Shown here piece by piece: positions 8,831-19,135 of a stretch of 61,640 nt of DNA. Source of the DNA: Flavobacteriales bacterium (GTDB taxonomy: Bacteria > Bacteroidota > Bacteroidia > Flavobacteriales > CAJXXR01). The translations under genes and the position numbers were made by a program. The stretch spans positions 1 to 61,640 of the forward strand of contig JBMYWP010000019.1 in the NCBI GenBank assembly GCA_049607525.1, in the 5' to 3' direction. The first letter of the stretch is position 1; the number at the start of each line of letters is the position of its first letter. The notes under the pieces were generated by a model, which saw only the letters and a program-made list of their open reading frames with translations, ran no database searches and was not told the origin of the DNA.

Positions 8831-9562
8831 ATGAAATCCATATTTATCTTCTTATCTTTTTTCCTAATAAAAAGTGTTAAAGCTCAAAGAATAACAAAAG
8901 ATAAACTATTTTTTGAAGGGGGTTTATCTCACAATTTGTTTCATATTTTTGCAACAAATGATGATCATAAACTACTCATAAATGACCCAATTGCCTTAAC
9001 TTTTAATATAGACGCCAACTACACCATTCATAACAAATTTGCCATTGGTCTCCGATATATTTACGATACAGGTTCTGAAAAAGAAAATAAACCCAGAAAT
9101 GAAGTAATCCAAACAATTAATGGTGTAGAATATGACGCAACTGCATTATCTGGATTTAATCGAAATGGCTTTGGAATCAACCTATATTATGCTATGCACA
9201 AAATGAACATGCCTTTTGCTTCAAAAATTGGTCTTCATTTATTGGTTCTTAATATTAATTCTGATGTAAATTATTTCAAAAGATCATCTATACCAATTGA
9301 AAATTGGTATCAAACCAAATACGAATTAATTGAATCAGAAGAATTAGATGATCGTATAGTTTTCCTTGGGGCTTCTTATACCGAGCAAATCTTTTTTAAT
9401 CGAAAATCAAATCTATATTTGTTGTATGGTATTAATACCAATATGATTTTAAAAGACTTACCTCAATCAATTACTTCGGAAAGTGTAATAAGTAATATTC
9501 AATCCACGACCTCTGCAAAACTGGCAATGGGCTTTACTCTTGGATTAGGTTTTATTTTATAA
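8831..9562 (+). CDS. hypothetical secreted / outer-membrane beta-barrel-like protein
   Basis: 243 aa. Signal peptide (MKSIFIFLSFFLIKSVKAQ) and alternating amphipathic beta-like segments. Lies 5 nt after the M48 gene. Confidence 0.4.
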   Translation: MKSIFIFLSFFLIKSVKAQRITKDKLFFEGGLSHNLFHIFATNDDHKLLINDPIALTFNIDANYTIHNKFAIGLRYIYDTGSEKENKPRNEVIQTINGVEYDATALSGFNRNGFGINLYYAMHKMNMPFASKIGLHLLVLNINSDVNYFKRSSIPIENWYQTKYELIESEELDDRIVFLGASYTEQIFFNRKSNLYLLYGINTNMILKDLPQSITSESVISNIQSTTSAKLAMGFTLGLGFIL

Positions 9563-9774
9563 ATTTTATCTATTAAATACTTTAATATTCTGATTTGAAA
9601 GTCATGCACTCGTATCATATTTGAAAGCATAAATTCCCTGGTTCAAACATTCTCCAAACTTCTTTTAATTACTTTATACAAACTTTAATTGTTCTGATTA
9701 GTAAGACAAAGTACATTTCTTAAATTAATATGAGTTCGTATATAAAAAAACCATTTTTCACAAAATCATAAAAA

Positions 9775-9808
9775 GCCTATGATTCAACATAGAATCATGG
9801 GCTTTTTA
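9775..9808. terminator. bidirectional Rho-independent terminator hairpin (GCCTATGATTC...GAATCATGGGC) flanked by T/A runs
   Basis: 11-bp stem with one G-U pair, T-run on both strands. Lies 30 nt past the stop of the minus-strand gene 9835..11016. Confidence 0.5.
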
Positions 9809-9834
9809 TATTATTACTTATCTTAACTTACTAA

Positions 9835-11016
9835 TTACAAACAATTCCCATCTAAGGTTGGACCTACAACAGGAGAAATTGTGGTTGATCCACTTTCTGA
9901 TCCAGTTTCTAAAACATCTGCCAAACCATTAGCCCCATGAGGCGCTGGAAAACTGTAATACGTTTGAGTATTTGTTGTCATTCCTGATTCAAAAGCATCT
10001 GAACAACCATCATTATCAGAATCTAAATCTAAATAATTTGGAATCCCATCACCATCGTTATCAGAACATCCCATAGAAAATAAAAACTGACCAGAATTAT
10101 ATGAACTTCCACCTATGGTTTCATAATCAACTGTAAATCCTTCAATCCTCACATTTGATGATATTTGAAATTGAGCAAAATTCCCCGAAGTACTAGTTGA
10201 AGGGTTTGCCACGGTAATTTTATTACCAGAAGTTGTGATTACAGCATTTGCTACTACCACATAATTCCATTGAAAACCAGCTGGTGGATTTATTGGTTCA
10301 AATGTAAATCGATCAATACTTGTAATATTGGAATTGGCCTTAGATGAATTTGCAAAAATTTCAATTCTATTCGAAATAGAAAAATCAAACCTAGTACTAA
10401 ATATTTCTCCTGATGAACCGGAAGGGTTAAAAAGACGAATTACAGCAGCATTTGGCGTACCAGGTTTTGCAGAACCAACAACAATATTCCCTGTTGTGTT
10501 AGATGTTGATGTGGTTGGTTGATGAATTGTAATATTTGCAGGTAATGGATTACCAACAGTAGTACTTGTAACTTCAAAACTGGCATCTCCTGAAGCCGTA
10601 CTCAAACTTAAACCTGTAAAGTCAGTATATTCTACAGGACACTCCAATTCGTCCAAAATACCATCATTATCATCATCTATATCTGTTAAATTTGGAATAC
10701 CATCTCCATCAAAATCATCGGCAATTTGAATATCTTCCGTACAATCAACTATTGTTTTCCAAATTTTGGAATTAAAAAAAGAAATGCTTCCAGTAGGGCA
10801 ACAATCTGAACAATAAACCATTAATCCTTGAGCTGGATTTAGGATATTATTACGCTGTAACCGTGTCATTCGAGGTGGTAAAAATCCTTTAGAAGAACTT
10901 TCTATTTCTAAAATGGAAGTCTGATGAGGATTTAATGTACCAATTCCGACTTGGGAAAATGATAGACCATTTGCACTCAACAACAATGTTGCTAATAACC
11001 AATGTTTTATTTGCAT
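9835..11016 (-). CDS. secreted protein with thrombospondin-type-3-like Ca-binding Asp repeats
   Basis: 393 aa. Signal peptide, and two DxDxDGxxDxxD clusters (DDFDGDGIPNLTDIDDDNDGILDELE; DNDGDGIPNYLDLDSDNDGCSDAFE). Confidence 0.55.
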   Translation of the reverse strand: MQIKHWLLATLLLSANGLSFSQVGIGTLNPHQTSILEIESSSKGFLPPRMTRLQRNNILNPAQGLMVYCSDCCPTGSISFFNSKIWKTIVDCTEDIQIADDFDGDGIPNLTDIDDDNDGILDELECPVEYTDFTGLSLSTASGDASFEVTSTTVGNPLPANITIHQPTTSTSNTTGNIVVGSAKPGTPNAAVIRLFNPSGSSGEIFSTRFDFSISNRIEIFANSSKANSNITSIDRFTFEPINPPAGFQWNYVVVANAVITTSGNKITVANPSTSTSGNFAQFQISSNVRIEGFTVDYETIGGSSYNSGQFLFSMGCSDNDGDGIPNYLDLDSDNDGCSDAFESGMTTNTQTYYSFPAPHGANGLADVLETGSESGSTTISPVVGPTLDGNCL

Positions 11017-11130
11017 GAAGTAAGGAGTTAGTTTACGAATGCGAAACTAATTCTTTTTATTCAAATTGTAAAATCTACTTACTAAAACCATCTAAATTCA
11101 TACAAAAGGCTATAATAATTATGACCAAAA

Positions 11131-13740
11131 TTAATTTTCATCAACAATAATATGTACATCTCTATTTGACAATTCCTTCTTAATTTGTTTTAATACATAT
11201 GGATCTGTTGCGGATAAATGTAAAGTTTTTAATGATTTTAAAGTTTTCAAATATTTTACATCAATCATATTTACATAAGACAATTCGAGCTTTGTAAGTT
11301 TAGGAAAGTTCTTCAACCCTTTTAAATGATCTATTCTACAGCCTATCAAATTTAACTGCTGTAAATTCCCAAGTCCAGATAAGGTTGATAAGTTAGAAAA
11401 TTGAGTTTGACTTAAATCTAAAATTTCTAATTTGCTATTACTTATTAAACTTGAAAATTCTTTAATAGACCAGTTATTCCCTAAAAATAATTGTGTAAGT
11501 TCTTTTAATGGTTCTAGCGCACTAATATCTATCAAATCGCAATTTGTAAAATCTAATATTTCTAATGCTTTATAATCTGACAGGGCCCATATTTCCTTTA
11601 GAGGATTTGATTTAAAACTGATTTTTTTTAATGATTTACTCATGTTAAATATCTTTAAACTATCAACATGGTTCATTGAAAAATCTAAAATTTCTAGGTT
11701 TGGAAATACTTCTTCTATTTCTTCAAAATTTCTTAAATTGTTTTGCGAACAAGAAAACATCCTCATTTTAGGAAACTGATTTTTATCTAAAAATGCATTA
11801 TAATACAATCCGATTGAGCTATTCATTGACAAATATTCTAAATTTGGTAAAGTAGGTAACTGTCCTGCATCTGAAGAGCAATGATTTAACCGAAGTGTTT
11901 TTAATTGAGTGAGTAGATTAATATTTGAAATATTTTTAATAGGATTATGACTGAGGTTTAAATACTGAATTTCATGTTGCCCTGCCAAATTAGAAAACTG
12001 ACTAATTTTATTGTGTGTTATTGAAAGTGAATCTAAATGATGAAATTGATTGAGAAGTGTCATGCTTTCAATGTTATTATTATCTAATTCCAAACGCTTC
12101 AAATAATCCCCAACTTCTAGCGTATCTAAATGTTGAATATTGTTATTATTCAACAACAGTTTTTCTAATTTTAGAGCATCTAAACTTTTAAAATCTCTAA
12201 AATTATTGAACCTCGTACCTGTCAAATTCAAAGATTTTAGTCCAACAAAATCTCTGAGAACATCAAGACTATAAACACCATATAAATTTTGTAATTCTAA
12301 TTCTGATATTTTTTCACTGTTTTTCAGTAGAGATATTCCTTTTGTTAAGTCTTGTCTTAACCAAGAATCTGACTGCCAACTCAATGCTTTATCACTCACC
12401 AAAAACTTAAATAATTTTTTATCTAACCAACTTTTATTGGAATGTCCTTGAACAATCTTTTGAGAATAGCTTGGGTTGTAGTAAAATCCTTTTTTATTTA
12501 CAAATTGATATAAATCGGGAATATTTGATGCAGATAATCCAAGTAAATAACTCTTATCAATGTTTGAAATATCTTCCATGGCCTCTGCCCTAGCTAAATT
12601 GTAATCAGATATAATTGAATCCCATTTTGGTAACGACGAAAAAGCCAAAACAATAAAAATCCAATTCGAAAATCGTTCAATAATATACCAAGTCGTTTTG
12701 TTCTGTTGTATCTTAAACCAAGTAAACACGAGACCCAATGTGGCAAAAAACAACCAATAATAAACACCAATACGTTTATAGGACAAAAGCGCTTCGGTAA
12801 TATATAAATGATTTCTAAAAACTGTAAAACCTACCATGAGAATATTCAGGGCAATCCAAAGTTTGGCTAATGCTTTTAATTGTCTTGATGATTCAACAAA
12901 ATTCAATTGATTTCTAAAAAAATAAAGTAAAATTGAAATCCCTAAGAATATTGAAAACATTAGAGTTCCTACACCTTTATGCAAAAAAGCTTTCAACGCT
13001 TTACCGTCCGAAAAATTTGAAAGATCAGAAATGGCATAAATATCAATAACATTAATGATAATAAGCATCAAATTAATAACTCCAAAAGCAATTGTAAAAC
13101 CAAAAGATTCATCCCAAGTCGACTCTTTTTTTTCATCAGTAAGACTATTTGATTTAGCATGTGACAAGTATTTATCAATAAAAGGTATCGAAATATCATA
13201 TTTCGCTCCAACCGAAATTCCAAAACCTAAAAGCGTTACTAATACCCACAAAAAAGAGATGTTCTGGAACGTAAAGTTGTTTGTCAATTCTGCAAAAGTT
13301 GCATTTACATTCCTATAGAGTGAATAGAAAACGATAATAATGAATATTGGTATGATGTATTTTAAAAAATATTTAGATTTTCTCTGGCCTTCAGATTTAG
13401 ATTTCATCCATTTTATAAAGCCTGCAAAAAGATTTAAAATTGAATTGAACAAACCAAATACCAAAAAGGACTTTCCGTGAATAACACCAATAAGCGCAAA
13501 TAAAAACAAAAACGGAATAATACCGTTTCCGTTCAACCAACTACCAAAGGACGACAGCAATAATCCTAACGTAAGTAATAGGACTTTTAGGTCTTTAAAT
13601 TTTGATTTATTTTCTAGATATAACCAAATTAAAAAAGGCAAAAGGAAACATAAAACATTAATACCAAAAGCCTCGTTGTAAAATAGGTAACTGAAAAGAA
13701 AAGTGAATCCACAAATAATAATTCCTTTAAATTTTGACAT
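11131..13740 (-). CDS. polytopic membrane protein fused to C-terminal leucine-rich-repeat (LRR) domain
   Basis: 869 aa. Approx 10 TM helices in the first approx 470 aa, then approx 15 LxxLxLxxN repeats (LNLTGTRFNN..., LELDNNNIESM..., LNLSHNPIKNIS...). Confidence 0.6.
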   Translation of the reverse strand: MSKFKGIIICGFTFLFSYLFYNEAFGINVLCFLLPFLIWLYLENKSKFKDLKVLLLTLGLLLSSFGSWLNGNGIIPFLFLFALIGVIHGKSFLVFGLFNSILNLFAGFIKWMKSKSEGQRKSKYFLKYIIPIFIIIVFYSLYRNVNATFAELTNNFTFQNISFLWVLVTLLGFGISVGAKYDISIPFIDKYLSHAKSNSLTDEKKESTWDESFGFTIAFGVINLMLIIINVIDIYAISDLSNFSDGKALKAFLHKGVGTLMFSIFLGISILLYFFRNQLNFVESSRQLKALAKLWIALNILMVGFTVFRNHLYITEALLSYKRIGVYYWLFFATLGLVFTWFKIQQNKTTWYIIERFSNWIFIVLAFSSLPKWDSIISDYNLARAEAMEDISNIDKSYLLGLSASNIPDLYQFVNKKGFYYNPSYSQKIVQGHSNKSWLDKKLFKFLVSDKALSWQSDSWLRQDLTKGISLLKNSEKISELELQNLYGVYSLDVLRDFVGLKSLNLTGTRFNNFRDFKSLDALKLEKLLLNNNNIQHLDTLEVGDYLKRLELDNNNIESMTLLNQFHHLDSLSITHNKISQFSNLAGQHEIQYLNLSHNPIKNISNINLLTQLKTLRLNHCSSDAGQLPTLPNLEYLSMNSSIGLYYNAFLDKNQFPKMRMFSCSQNNLRNFEEIEEVFPNLEILDFSMNHVDSLKIFNMSKSLKKISFKSNPLKEIWALSDYKALEILDFTNCDLIDISALEPLKELTQLFLGNNWSIKEFSSLISNSKLEILDLSQTQFSNLSTLSGLGNLQQLNLIGCRIDHLKGLKNFPKLTKLELSYVNMIDVKYLKTLKSLKTLHLSATDPYVLKQIKKELSNRDVHIIVDEN

Positions 13741-13861
13741 ATTATTTTGTTTTAAGATTGAATTTAGATTTGAAACTTTAACGCTAAATCGAAATAATTA
13801 GTATGATTACCACCAAAAAACTAGAAGGAATAAAAAAGTCGCTGTTAAAAAAAACGTACAT

Positions 13862-14398
13862 TTGTTACATTACCATATATCAATGAATAAAAAAAAACAT
13901 AAATACGCCGCTATAGATTTTGAAACCGCTACAAGTGAAAGAAATAGTGCCTGCGCAGTAGCAATTATCAATATTGAAGATGGAAAAATTATTGATGAAT
14001 ATTACACTTTAATTCGCCCTCCAAGAAACGAATACCAATGGCAAACCATAAGGGTACACGGAATTAAACCCAAGGATACTGCTAAGGAGAAAAATTTTAA
14101 AGAAGTTTGGTCCGAAATTTCATCTCGATTGGAAAACCGTGTAATTGTAGCACATAACCAGTCTTTTGACCGAAGTGTACTTAAGCATTGCATGGAAACC
14201 TATGGGTTGAAAAACCCGAATATTGAAATAAAAAAACCATGGGATTGCACATTAAAACTCTATCAAGCAAAAGGCTATAAACCTGCCGGACTAAGTGCTT
14301 GTTGCGAAGTTCATAATATAGAACTAGACCACCACAACGCCCTATCAGATGCCAAAGCATGTGCCAGATTATACTATTTAACTTTAAAAGATGACTAA
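13862..14398 (+). CDS. DnaQ-like DEDDh 3'-5' exonuclease domain protein (true start possibly the MNKKKH methionine at approx 13883)
   Basis: AAIDFETAT (Exo I), AHNQSFDRSVL (Exo II), HHNALSDAKACARLY (Exo III with His). Confidence 0.7.
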   Translation: MLHYHISMNKKKHKYAAIDFETATSERNSACAVAIINIEDGKIIDEYYTLIRPPRNEYQWQTIRVHGIKPKDTAKEKNFKEVWSEISSRLENRVIVAHNQSFDRSVLKHCMETYGLKNPNIEIKKPWDCTLKLYQAKGYKPAGLSACCEVHNIELDHHNALSDAKACARLYYLTLKDD

Positions 14399-14723
14399 CC
14401 ACTCACAGCAACTGGAAGATTTCAATGCATGCATTAGAAATCAAGAGCACTTCGCTTTATATTTTACAGATGGAAAATGTTCGGTTGCAAAATCAATCGG
14501 TCCAAAACTTTACGAAACCTTTTCAAATCAATATCCAAACATTAAATTAAAAGATGTAATTATCCCTATGTCTGAAGCACTTTCAGGGCATCTTAATATT
14601 TTTTCAGCCCCTTGTCTATTGGTCTATTTTGATGGGAAATTGCAATTGAAAATGGCAGGTTCTTTCGGTATTTCAGAATTAAACAACAAATTAGGTCGAT
14701 TGTATGACCTCCGGTTTAATTAA
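14391..14723 (+). CDS. thioredoxin-fold protein (no CxxC), overlaps exonuclease gene by 8 nt
   Basis: 110 aa with beta-alpha-beta thioredoxin-like spacing. The only Cys-containing stretch is GKCSVAK. Weak assignment. Confidence 0.4.
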   Translation: MTNHSQQLEDFNACIRNQEHFALYFTDGKCSVAKSIGPKLYETFSNQYPNIKLKDVIIPMSEALSGHLNIFSAPCLLVYFDGKLQLKMAGSFGISELNNKLGRLYDLRFN

Positions 14724-14726
14724 AGA

Positions 14727-17174
14727 TTACACATAATTAGGATCTACATCTATTTTTATGACCACACTTCTAAATGAATTGTGTTTCCCTAATTTCTCAA
14801 CCACCTTTTGTAAATACTTTTTGGCTTCTTTTAATCGGGCATTTTTTAGAAGTTGAATATCAATTTGCATCTGATACATAGATCGGATTCTTTCAATTGA
14901 TGGGGTGTATGGTTTTTTAACCCGTTTAGATGGAATCTTTTGAATAATAATATCATAAAAATACTCCACAGCCTTTTCTAACTCTACTCTATTTTTGTGT
15001 TTAAAATTAATGAGAATCATTCGGGTAAATGGAGGTAAAAAATAATCTTTTCTTTCCTTATAAAAACCAGGATACAACTTTAATGGATCTTGGAGTTTTA
15101 ATGCTCTAAAAATCGGATGTTCTTTTTGATAAGTTTGAATAATGACTTGTGCTTCTTTATTTTGTCCAATTAATCTTTGAGAGATTTGACTTAAGGATTG
15201 AATGGCTCTTTCCTCAACTCTAAAATCAGGATACATCAATAAATCATCAGCCAAAACAACAACCAAAAGTGCGGTATTAGATAAATCTAAACCTTTAGAA
15301 ATCATTCGTGTTCCAATAAGAATATCTATTTCGCCACTGTCATATCGATCAATAAACGTATTCAGTTTATTTTTTGTACTTAAGGTATCTCGATCTAATC
15401 TGACAATATTTGCTTTAATAAAAATAGATCTTAATTCTTCTAAAATACGCTCCGTTCCATACCCTTTTATGGCCATTTCTGGCTTAGAACAAGAATCGCA
15501 ATAATAGGTTGGTCTTCTTTGGTAACCACATTGGTGACATCTTAAACATCGATCGCCTTTATGATATGTTAAATTAACGGTACAGTGCACACATTGTGGA
15601 ATATAATGACAAGATTTACATTCCATTTTAGCAGCATACCCTCTTCTGTCTTTATAAATTAATACTTGCTTTTTGTTTTGAAGCGCCACATCTATTTCAA
15701 AAATTAAATCTTTAGAAAAATGCTGAACCATATTTAATTGATCCTTTTCTTGTTTTAAATCAATTAATCTAAAACAGTCTTCAGCATCTTTTCTTTTTTC
15801 TCCTAGAAAGAACAAGTCCAATTTATTCAATTTATACAACTGCCAAGTCTCCAAACTAGGCGCTGTGGCACAAAGTACTAAAGGACATTTATATAAATTT
15901 TGAAGCACAAAACTCATATCTCTAGCATTGTAAAGTGGTGATATTTCGGCTTGCTTGTAAACAGGATCCGATTCATCATCCACAATAATTAATGACAAGG
16001 CATGAAAAGGAAGAAATATTCCAATTTTTGTACTAATTATTATTTTTGCTGTTCTTAATGAATGATTTTGAATATTACGCCAAATCTCTACCCGTTCATG
16101 CTCACTAAACTGATTGTGATAAACGATAATATCATCTTTAAAATAGGTGCTAAAAAACTCATAATATTGCGGATAGAGCAACATGTCTGGAATCAAAAAT
16201 AGAACATCTTCACCCTTTTTCAAGGCAAATTCTATACTCAATTTATACATTTGTAGCTTGGCATAAAAACCATGTTCAACACCTAAAAGAACACGATTTT
16301 CAGCTAATGACTCTAATATTTGAGGTTCAATTTCAGATATTTTAGATTCGTTTAAAACCGATGAAAAATCGCGCTCAAGTTTGGCTAAAAGTAAATGCCT
16401 GTCCACACGTTCTTCATAAATTCCTACAATTTCTTTTTTTATTAATGTTCTTAATGAAGGTTTAGAAAATCCATGTTTCTTAAACAGTACATCAAAACGT
16501 TCTATGTTATTGGGCGCTTGTAATAAATAGTCTAATATCTCTCTTTGTTTAGGAGATCTATTCAAGCCTTTTTCAAACGAAACAGGGTTTTTAAAATAAG
16601 TCTCTAAAATCCCAGCAAATTTTATTGTTTTTTCTTTATATCTGTGAGAAAAAGACTGCTCTAATACAAGCAGTTTTTTTCTATACATATTTTGAACAAA
16701 AGTAGTTGGTTTAGAAATATGAGGAACTATAACCTGAACGTCTTTCAACTTTAGCGTACCCTGTAATTCTAAGGCATCAATTAAAATTTGTTCATCATCG
16801 GAACCATTAAATGTAGTGTAATCAAAGTCTGGATTTGGGTACAACAAGGTTTCTCCTTTCAAAGAAAACGCTTTTGGTAAACAATACCTGAGTACAAGTC
16901 CAAAAGGTACTTGATAATAATCCGCCAGCCATTTCCAAAAACCAAATTGTTTTTGATTAATAATGGGTTCTGTATCCGGAATTTCTAAAATGGCTTTAGG
17001 TTCAAAGTCAAGAGAAACTTCAGGTACAATACGATCAACAATAGCAAATGTAATTTTCTTTTGAAAAGGAATAGTAACACGAATTCCAAACTTAATTTCA
17101 GATTGCATTTCATCTGGAACCGAATAAGTAAATGCCGTATTAAAAACCTCAGGTAACCATACTTCTATGAACAT
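14727..17174 (-). CDS. priA: primosomal protein N' (replication restart helicase PriA)
   Basis: 815 aa. Helicase motifs plus the PriA Cys-rich zinc module (CKSCHYIPQCVHC...CLRCHQCGYQRRPTYYCDSCS). Confidence 0.9.
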   Translation of the reverse strand: MFIEVWLPEVFNTAFTYSVPDEMQSEIKFGIRVTIPFQKKITFAIVDRIVPEVSLDFEPKAILEIPDTEPIINQKQFGFWKWLADYYQVPFGLVLRYCLPKAFSLKGETLLYPNPDFDYTTFNGSDDEQILIDALELQGTLKLKDVQVIVPHISKPTTFVQNMYRKKLLVLEQSFSHRYKEKTIKFAGILETYFKNPVSFEKGLNRSPKQREILDYLLQAPNNIERFDVLFKKHGFSKPSLRTLIKKEIVGIYEERVDRHLLLAKLERDFSSVLNESKISEIEPQILESLAENRVLLGVEHGFYAKLQMYKLSIEFALKKGEDVLFLIPDMLLYPQYYEFFSTYFKDDIIVYHNQFSEHERVEIWRNIQNHSLRTAKIIISTKIGIFLPFHALSLIIVDDESDPVYKQAEISPLYNARDMSFVLQNLYKCPLVLCATAPSLETWQLYKLNKLDLFFLGEKRKDAEDCFRLIDLKQEKDQLNMVQHFSKDLIFEIDVALQNKKQVLIYKDRRGYAAKMECKSCHYIPQCVHCTVNLTYHKGDRCLRCHQCGYQRRPTYYCDSCSKPEMAIKGYGTERILEELRSIFIKANIVRLDRDTLSTKNKLNTFIDRYDSGEIDILIGTRMISKGLDLSNTALLVVVLADDLLMYPDFRVEERAIQSLSQISQRLIGQNKEAQVIIQTYQKEHPIFRALKLQDPLKLYPGFYKERKDYFLPPFTRMILINFKHKNRVELEKAVEYFYDIIIQKIPSKRVKKPYTPSIERIRSMYQMQIDIQLLKNARLKEAKKYLQKVVEKLGKHNSFRSVVIKIDVDPNYV

Positions 17175-17177
17175 GAA

Positions 17178-17699
17178 TTAGAAAAAATCGTTAATATCTA
17201 CATCATTCGGGTCAATAGTATCCTCGTCTTCATCATCTGAATCTTCTGTTGAAGTTCGACTATCATTATATCTTCCGTACGTATTATTATGTAAAAAGGT
17301 ATCTGGATTATGAACATCTGAAGGCGCTGTATCTGGAATAATTCCATAAGATTCTAACACAACTGGCACCTCAATTTTATGTTCAGTTTCATAAATGTCA
17401 ATAAGTTCTAATTCAAAAGTCCATTCCGAAAATCCATTTTTATACAAAAGCCTTTGTCCTTTTTTGTATATCAAATCTGCAATGGTCATCTCAACAACAT
17501 CATCTATCTGATATTCTTCAACAACATTCCAATCTTCATCACATAAAGAAAAAGAGATTTCAATATCCGATTCAATTCCAAAAGCATTTACAATGGTTTG
17601 ATGAATATCTTCTAAAAATACATACTTATCATATGCAATATCCTTATAAACATCAACCTCTTCGTTTTGATAAATTGTTCTTAATACAAACGTTTCCAT
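17178..17699 (-). CDS. hypothetical protein with acidic C-terminal tail; possibly pRiA4b ORF-3-like domain
   Basis: 173 aa. Conserved Trp-containing core (FSLCDEDWNVVEEYQIDD...YKNGFSEWTFELELID), and a C-terminus DSDDEDEDTIDPNDVDINDFF. Confidence 0.4.
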   Translation of the reverse strand: METFVLRTIYQNEEVDVYKDIAYDKYVFLEDIHQTIVNAFGIESDIEISFSLCDEDWNVVEEYQIDDVVEMTIADLIYKKGQRLLYKNGFSEWTFELELIDIYETEHKIEVPVVLESYGIIPDTAPSDVHNPDTFLHNNTYGRYNDSRTSTEDSDDEDEDTIDPNDVDINDFF

Positions 17700-17701
17700 T
17701 C

Positions 17702-19126
17702 TTAAACCTTTTCTAATCCTAACTTTTCACCTTCTTCAATAAGATATTTAAAAGCCTCATCAAAGTCATTTGGTATTTCTCCTTCTAAAATAGCTTCTCT
17801 AATGGCATTTTTTAATTGACCTACTTCTCTACCCGGTTTTAGGTTAAAAGTTTGCATAATCAATTCGCCATCTATTGGAGGTTCCCAATTTCTTATTTTA
17901 TCTCGCTCTTCTACTTCTTTTAATTTTTGGCGGATAATTTTATAGTTTTCGCGATATTTTTTAAACTTTGCATCGTTTTTTGTTGTGATATCGGCCTCAC
18001 ATAACATTAAAAGATCTTCCAATTCTTCACCTCCATCAAAAAGCAAGCGTCTCAATGCAGAATCGGTTACAATTTCTTGTGCCAATACAATTGGACGTAA
18101 ATGCAGTTTAACTAATTTTTGAACATATTTCATATGTTCATTCATTGGAAGTTTTAATCTTCGAAAGATTTTAGGCACCATTTTAGAACCTAAAAACTCG
18201 TGTCCATGAAATGTCCAACCTACTCTTTTATCGTATCTTTTTGTTGGTGGTTTAGCAATATCATGCATTATTGCTGCCCATCTCAACCACAAGTTATCAG
18301 AAACTTCACAAACATTATCTAGCACTTCTAACGTATGATAAAAATTATCCTTATGACCTCTACCGTTCTTGTATTCAACTCCTTTTAATGCCTGAAACTC
18401 TGGAAAAAACTCTTTAAGTAAACCTGTTTTTTCCATCAATTTAAACCCAAGAGAAGCTTGATCTGAAGCAATCATTTTATTGACCTCAGTTATGATTCTT
18501 TCTTCTGAAATAATTTTTAATCGAGAAGCACATTTTTCAATAGCATTCAAAGAATCCTCTTCTATTGTAAACCCCAATTGGCAAGCAAATCTAATTGCAC
18601 GTAACATACGTAACGGATCATCAGAATAGGTTATTTCTGCATCGAGAGGTGTTCGAATAATTTTATTTTCCAAATCCTCTAATCCTGTAAAAGGATCAAT
18701 CAATTCACCAAAAGATTCTTTATTTAATGATATCGCCAAAGCGTTAATCGTAAAATCTCTTCTACTTTGATCGTCTTCTAAGGTACCATCTTCTACAATG
18801 GGTTTTCTTGAGTCTGCGCGATAGGATTCCTTACGAGCACCTACAAATTCATATTCAACACCCTGAAACTTAAACATAGCTGTACCAAATCGTTTAAACA
18901 CGGCCACATCCAATTTAGGATCTAACTTTTTTGCTACGGCTTCGGCTAATTCTATTCCACTACCCTTACAAACAACATCAATATCTTTTGCCTTTCCTCT
19001 CTTTAAAATAAGGTCTCGAACAAAACCTCCAATCACAAAAGAAGGTAGCGATTTTTCTTCGGCTACCTCTTTTATTACATGAAAGACTGTTGTGTTAATA
19101 TGTTCTTTCAAATTCTGTTTTTCCAT
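17702..19126 (-). CDS. cca: CCA-adding tRNA nucleotidyltransferase / poly(A) polymerase-family protein with HD domain
   Basis: 474 aa. [20 protein letters not shown] nucleotidyltransferase head, and an HD motif (AIMHDIAKP). Confidence 0.8.
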   Translation of the reverse strand: MEKQNLKEHINTTVFHVIKEVAEEKSLPSFVIGGFVRDLILKRGKAKDIDVVCKGSGIELAEAVAKKLDPKLDVAVFKRFGTAMFKFQGVEYEFVGARKESYRADSRKPIVEDGTLEDDQSRRDFTINALAISLNKESFGELIDPFTGLEDLENKIIRTPLDAEITYSDDPLRMLRAIRFACQLGFTIEEDSLNAIEKCASRLKIISEERIITEVNKMIASDQASLGFKLMEKTGLLKEFFPEFQALKGVEYKNGRGHKDNFYHTLEVLDNVCEVSDNLWLRWAAIMHDIAKPPTKRYDKRVGWTFHGHEFLGSKMVPKIFRRLKLPMNEHMKYVQKLVKLHLRPIVLAQEIVTDSALRRLLFDGGEELEDLLMLCEADITTKNDAKFKKYRENYKIIRQKLKEVEERDKIRNWEPPIDGELIMQTFNLKPGREVGQLKNAIREAILEGEIPNDFDEAFKYLIEEGEKLGLEKV

Positions 19127-19135
19127 GTATCTCTA

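Noticed and set aside
9601-9660. tRNA-like T-loop fragment (TGGTTCAAAC).
   Set aside because: No acceptor-stem or anticodon-arm pairing partners could be found around it, and the rest of the window has no GGTTCGAATCC-type T-loops. No tRNA is called.
13055-13318. Small ORFs embedded in or antisense to large genes (13055..13318, 14002..14402, 15202..15504, 19453..19912, 21133..21411, 23453..23815, 23987..24214, 24336..24623, 24747..24929, 25692..25967, 28447..28665, 29760..29975, 32558..32767, 33505..33702, 35233..35512, 38276..38479, 40153..40891, 41727..41984, 43725..44200, 47071..47298, 50665..50919, 56483..56698, 57021..57209, 58381..58629, 58846..59043, 3642..3854, 4641..4967, 10328..10522).
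   Set aside because: Each is fully contained within, or antisense to, a longer ORF with clear family signatures. Their translations are low-complexity with no motifs. They are treated as frame artefacts of AT-rich DNA.
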